From an uncultured Myxococcales bacterium (GTDB lineage Bacteria > Myxococcota_A > Polyangia > Palsa-1104 > JAEUJZ01), in assembly GCA_964628555.1 (NCBI GenBank), contig CAZVMD010000008.1:1-61856 (forward strand): DNA of 61,856 nucleotides, in the 5' to 3' direction. Below are positions 58,634-61,856 of the stretch, in pieces. The stretch's first letter is position 1, and each line of letters begins with the position of its first letter. A program made the translations under genes and the position numbers. The notes beneath the pieces were generated by a model. That model was not told where the DNA came from and searched no databases. It was given only the letters and a program-made list of their open reading frames with translations.

Positions 58634-60487
58634 ATGGCTTTGCTTGGGCTGCTGGCCGGCGGGGCGGCGCTGCTGCTGGGACTCCCCGGTCAGGTCGAGG
58701 TTCGGGCTAGCGCCGAGGAACGGACGCTGCCAGCTACGACGGTGGTCTGTGTCGCGACGGCTGGAGCTGCCAGCACCGCCGCGGTGCGACAGGGGCAGTG
58801 CCCGTCCCCGACTCGGCGCGTGCCGGCCGATGTCTGGCTGCGGCTGGATGTGGCCGCAGACGCGATCGACGCGGTGCTGATCAGCACCGACCTGTACGCC
58901 ATCAAGTTCGGCGAGCTGGAGGTCTTCATCGACGGGGCACCGCCGGTGCTGGTGCGGGCTCGCGATCCGCTGGCGGTGCGGCCGTACTACGACGGGCGCT
59001 TGGCGGTTCCGATCCGCACCGCAGCGGATCGGACGACCTCGGTCTTGGCCCGCATCCGCGTGGTCGACCAGCGGCAGCTGGCTCGGCCCGAGCGCAACCT
59101 GCTCTTGCTGCGGGCCGACGCAGCCCAGCATGCGCAGGCCGGTCGCTGGTTTTGGCAGGGCGTGTTCGTCGGGCTCATGCTGATCATGGCCCTTTACCAT
59201 GCCTTTCTGTGGCGGGCCGAGCGGCTGGCCGCGGCCGCTTGGTACAGCCTGACCTTGATCGCCACCACCGCATACTTCGCGGGCGGTCGGCACCTGTTTC
59301 TGCTCTTACCCTGGAGCTGGGTGCCACAGCTGGCACTGCTGCTGCATCCCAGTGAGGGGCCGCTGATGGGCGTGTTCTTCGCGCAGTTCGCGCGGCACTA
59401 CGCTCGCCTGCCTCCCCGGTCGGACGCGATCCTGCGCGGGCTGACGGTGCCGCTGCTGCTAATGACGGTGCTGGCGCCGCTGGTGCACGGCACCTTGTCG
59501 GTGGCGGCGATCTCCACGGTCGTCAACGTGCTGGGGGGTGTCACGATTCTCTTTTTGGTTGGCTTGAGCGCACATAGCGCGCTGCGCGGCGACTACGCCG
59601 CCAAGGTGCTGGCGTGGTCGGCGCTGGCGCCAGCGGTGGGCGTGGGGGTGCAGATCGGCTCGATGAGCGGCGTCCTGCCCTCGCATGGCTGGCCCACCGA
59701 AGCCATGCAGCTAGGCCTTAGCCTGCAGGTGATCTTGTTGGGCTTGGCGCTGTCGGATCGCATCCGCCGGCTGCGCATCGATCGCGATCAGGCCGAGGCC
59801 ATCGTCCGACTGACGCTGCCGGATGTGATCGCGGATCGCCTGAAGTCGGGCGCTTCGTCGATCGCCGACCGGCACGACCAGGTGGCCGTGCTCTTTGCTG
59901 ACCTGGCCGGCTTCACGCCGCTTTCGGCCTCGCACGAGCCAGAGATCATCGTGCGCTTGCTGGATGCGCTGTTTAGCGAGATGGACGCGCTGGCGCATCG
60001 AGTCGGAGCGGAAAAGATCAAGACCATCGGCGACTGCTACATGGTGGTGGCCGGGGCGCCCAGTCCACACGCCGATCCGGTCGGCGCGCTGGCTGAGCTG
60101 GCGCTTGCGCTGCCGCAGGCTGCGGCCCGGGTCTTGGATCGGGTGCGGGCCCAGGCGCCGCAGCTCCCAGCCCAACTCCCGCTGCGCGTCGGCCTGCACG
60201 TTGGCCCGGTGATCGCCGGTGTGCTCGGCAAGCAGAAGCTGGCCTATGACCTGTGGGGCGACACGGTCAATACCGCCAGCCGCATGGAGAGCCACGGCGT
60301 CATCGGTCGCGTGCAGTGCACCGAGCAGGTTGTCGCAGCGCTGGCCGACCGCTACGAATTCGAGGAGCGCGGTGAGATCGCAGTGCGCGGCAAGGGGGCC
60401 CTGAAGGTGTGGTTCCTGCTCGGCCGTAGGCCCGCGCCATTGCTCGCAGCGCCGCACGAAGCGGGCTCAGGGCAGCGAGGCCGGTAG
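58634..60487 (+). CDS. 7TMR-DISM-type membrane receptor fused to class III adenylate/guanylate cyclase
   Basis: Signal plus an extracellular beta-rich domain, then 7 TM helices. Cyclase motifs VAVLFADLAGFTPLS, KTIGDCYMVVAGAP and LAYDLWGDTVNTASRMESHG. Confidence 0.85.
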   Translation: MALLGLLAGGAALLLGLPGQVEVRASAEERTLPATTVVCVATAGAASTAAVRQGQCPSPTRRVPADVWLRLDVAADAIDAVLISTDLYAIKFGELEVFIDGAPPVLVRARDPLAVRPYYDGRLAVPIRTAADRTTSVLARIRVVDQRQLARPERNLLLLRADAAQHAQAGRWFWQGVFVGLMLIMALYHAFLWRAERLAAAAWYSLTLIATTAYFAGGRHLFLLLPWSWVPQLALLLHPSEGPLMGVFFAQFARHYARLPPRSDAILRGLTVPLLLMTVLAPLVHGTLSVAAISTVVNVLGGVTILFLVGLSAHSALRGDYAAKVLAWSALAPAVGVGVQIGSMSGVLPSHGWPTEAMQLGLSLQVILLGLALSDRIRRLRIDRDQAEAIVRLTLPDVIADRLKSGASSIADRHDQVAVLFADLAGFTPLSASHEPEIIVRLLDALFSEMDALAHRVGAEKIKTIGDCYMVVAGAPSPHADPVGALAELALALPQAAARVLDRVRAQAPQLPAQLPLRVGLHVGPVIAGVLGKQKLAYDLWGDTVNTASRMESHGVIGRVQCTEQVVAALADRYEFEERGEIAVRGKGALKVWFLLGRRPAPLLAAPHEAGSGQRGR

Positions 60488-61459
60488 CAGCGACCGCAGC
60501 GCGTCAATCACCGCCTCGGCGGTCAGGCCGTACTTGCGCAGCAGGTAGGGCGTCGAGCCGCCCTCAGCAAAGGTGTCGCGGATGCCGACGCGGGCGAAGC
60601 GGACGGGAACGCCGGCTTCAAGCAGCGTCTCGGCGACGGCGCTGCCCAGGCCGCCGACGAGGGTGTGATTTTCGGCCGTGACGACGACGCCACAGCGGCG
60701 CGCTTCGCGGATGACCAGCTGGCGATCGAGCGGCTTTATCGTCGGCAGGTTGACGACTGCGATGTCGATCCCGCCCCCCGAAAGCGACTCGGCAGCAGCC
60801 AGCGCGGCAGCGACCATCAGGCCACAGGCAAAGACCACGGCCTGCGGCTGCGCGCCGCCGGGCCGCAGGATCTGGCCGCAGCCGATGCGGAGCGGCTCTA
60901 GCCGGGTCGGGCGGTAGTCGGCGCGCTTGATGCGCAGGTACACCGGCCCCCGATGCTCTGCCGCGGCGCGGACCGCACTGCGAATCTGCTCCGGGCCGCT
61001 CGGCTCGATCAGCGTCAGGTTGGGCAGCGCGCGCAGGATCGCCAGGTCTTCGATGGCCTGATGCGACACGCCCAGCAGCGTCGTCAGGCCGGGCAGAAAC
61101 CCCACCAGCTTGACGTTGGTCTTGGGGTAGGCAAGCTGCATCGCGATCTGATCGAAGGGCCGGCGCGAAGCGAAGACCGCAAAGGTGTGAAAGAACGGCA
61201 GGTCGCCACAGCGCGCCATGCCGGCTGCCACGCCAATCGCGTTCGCTTCGGCGATGCCGAGGTTGAAGAAGCGCTCCGGCAGGGCATCGCGAAACAGGTC
61301 GATCTCCGTCGAGCCGGTGAGGTCGGCGCTCAGGCACACGACATCGTCGCGCTCGCGCGCCAGCTCCAGCAGGGCCTCGCCATAGATGCGCGGGTAGACG
61401 CTCTGGGTCTGCAGGCGCGTCGTCGTAAAGTCGACCGCCGATCCGCTGTCTTGGCTCAC
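60467..61459 (-). CDS. Transketolase, C-terminal (pyrimidine-binding) subunit
   Basis: LSADLTGSTEIDLF, GIAEANAIGVAAGMA and HTFAVFASRRPFDQI. GTG start with a GTGA overlap onto the upstream subunit stop. Confidence 0.9.
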   Translation of the reverse strand: MSQDSGSAVDFTTTRLQTQSVYPRIYGEALLELARERDDVVCLSADLTGSTEIDLFRDALPERFFNLGIAEANAIGVAAGMARCGDLPFFHTFAVFASRRPFDQIAMQLAYPKTNVKLVGFLPGLTTLLGVSHQAIEDLAILRALPNLTLIEPSGPEQIRSAVRAAAEHRGPVYLRIKRADYRPTRLEPLRIGCGQILRPGGAQPQAVVFACGLMVAAALAAAESLSGGGIDIAVVNLPTIKPLDRQLVIREARRCGVVVTAENHTLVGGLGSAVAETLLEAGVPVRFARVGIRDTFAEGGSTPYLLRKYGLTAEAVIDALRSLLPASLP

Positions 61460-61856
61460 GACTGCACCCCCAGGGCGCGCAGCGCGGCGGTGGCCAGCTC
61501 AGCGGGCAGCTTGATGTGATGCGCGAGCTGGCCTTCCAGAAACGGCACGCCCTTGCCGGCCAGGGTGTGCGCGATGATCACCGTCGGCTGGCCGGTCACG
61601 CTTCGCGCGGCCGCGAAGGCGGCGAGCAGCGCTGGAATGTTGTGCCCATCGCACTCGCAGACGTGAAAGCCAAAGGCTCGCCACTTGTCGGCGATCGGCT
61701 GCATGCGCAGCACGCGATCGGTGTCGCCCTCGACCTGCATGCGGTTTAGGTCCAGCACCACGCAGAGGTTGCCCAGGCCGAAGCTACCGGCCGCCATCGC
61801 CGCTTCCCACACCTGGCCTTCCTGCAGCTCGCCGTCGCCGAGGATGACGTAGACGC
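61456..61856 (-). CDS. Transketolase, N-terminal (TPP-binding) subunit, 5'-partial at window edge
   Basis: The frame is open to the window end. VYVILGDGELQEGQVWEAAMAAGSFGLGNLCVVLDLNRMQVEG is the classic TPP-binding GDG...E...N region. Confidence 0.85.
   Translation of the reverse strand, partial: VYVILGDGELQEGQVWEAAMAAGSFGLGNLCVVLDLNRMQVEGDTDRVLRMQPIADKWRAFGFHVCECDGHNIPALLAAFAAARSVTGQPTVIIAHTLAGKGVPFLEGQLAHHIKLPAELATAALRALGVQS

Noticed and set aside
1-61856. A search by eye for rRNA, tRNA, CRISPR, IS elements, phage genes, toxin-antitoxin pairs, restriction or other defence genes, and secondary-metabolite synthases
   Set aside because: I recognised none of these: no tRNA-like T-arm/acceptor patterns, no spaced repeat arrays, and no integrase, transposase, nuclease-helicase or PKS/NRPS motifs. 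Absence by eye is not proof, so tRNAscan, Infernal, ISfinder and a defence-system finder would settle it.

Overview
This is a high-GC chromosomal segment with strong GC3 bias. It looks myxobacterial (Myxococcota): one protein ends in a MYXO-CTERM-type sorting tail, there are two giant eukaryote-like Ser/Thr kinases, and there are many lipobox lipoproteins with Asp-Leu/Met-x-x-Pro linker repeats. I call 44 protein-coding genes, two of them cut by the window edges. I found no rRNA, tRNA, CRISPR array, integrase, transposase or prophage genes.

Recognisable units:
- a DsbD-type reductase
- an mlaE-mlaF-mlaD operon with an unusually long MlaD
- RNase J
- a periplasmic redoxin
- a GlcD/E-fusion plus GlcF-type oxidase
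- an M50 protease and an MscS channel
- TetR plus hydrolases
- a LytS-like kinase with a LytTR regulator
- a 7TMR-DISM nucleotide cyclase
- a split transketolase

My best candidate for an undescribed system is a three-gene envelope module present twice (8631-15678 and 41332-48589). Each copy has a single-pass Ser/Thr kinase whose roughly 800-870-aa post-TM part is a HEAT solenoid ending in a conserved Cys-containing beta module. Each also has a paralogous PEGA protein with a C-terminal two-TM hairpin, followed directly by a beta-propeller-type lipoprotein gene that contains a conspicuously AT-rich segment. The kinase and PEGA genes stay adjacent although their relative orientation differs between the two copies.

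Around these modules sit many integrin/plexin-type extracellular domains (2x vWA, 2x FG-GAP, 2x IPT/TIG, one PSI-domain lipoprotein, a 12-blade NHL protein).

Other points worth a second look:
- a PSI-lipoprotein / unknown 353-aa protein / S1-protease lipoprotein cluster at the window centre
- a 517-aa protein with a WWGHCNGW motif
- a ~130-bp very AT-rich intergenic island bounded by imperfect inverted repeats
- in-frame 21-bp tandem repeats
- a sigma-54-like promoter in front of a tiny secreted Lys/Ala/Glu/Pro-rich protein

All functional calls come from motif recognition by eye. No database search was run.
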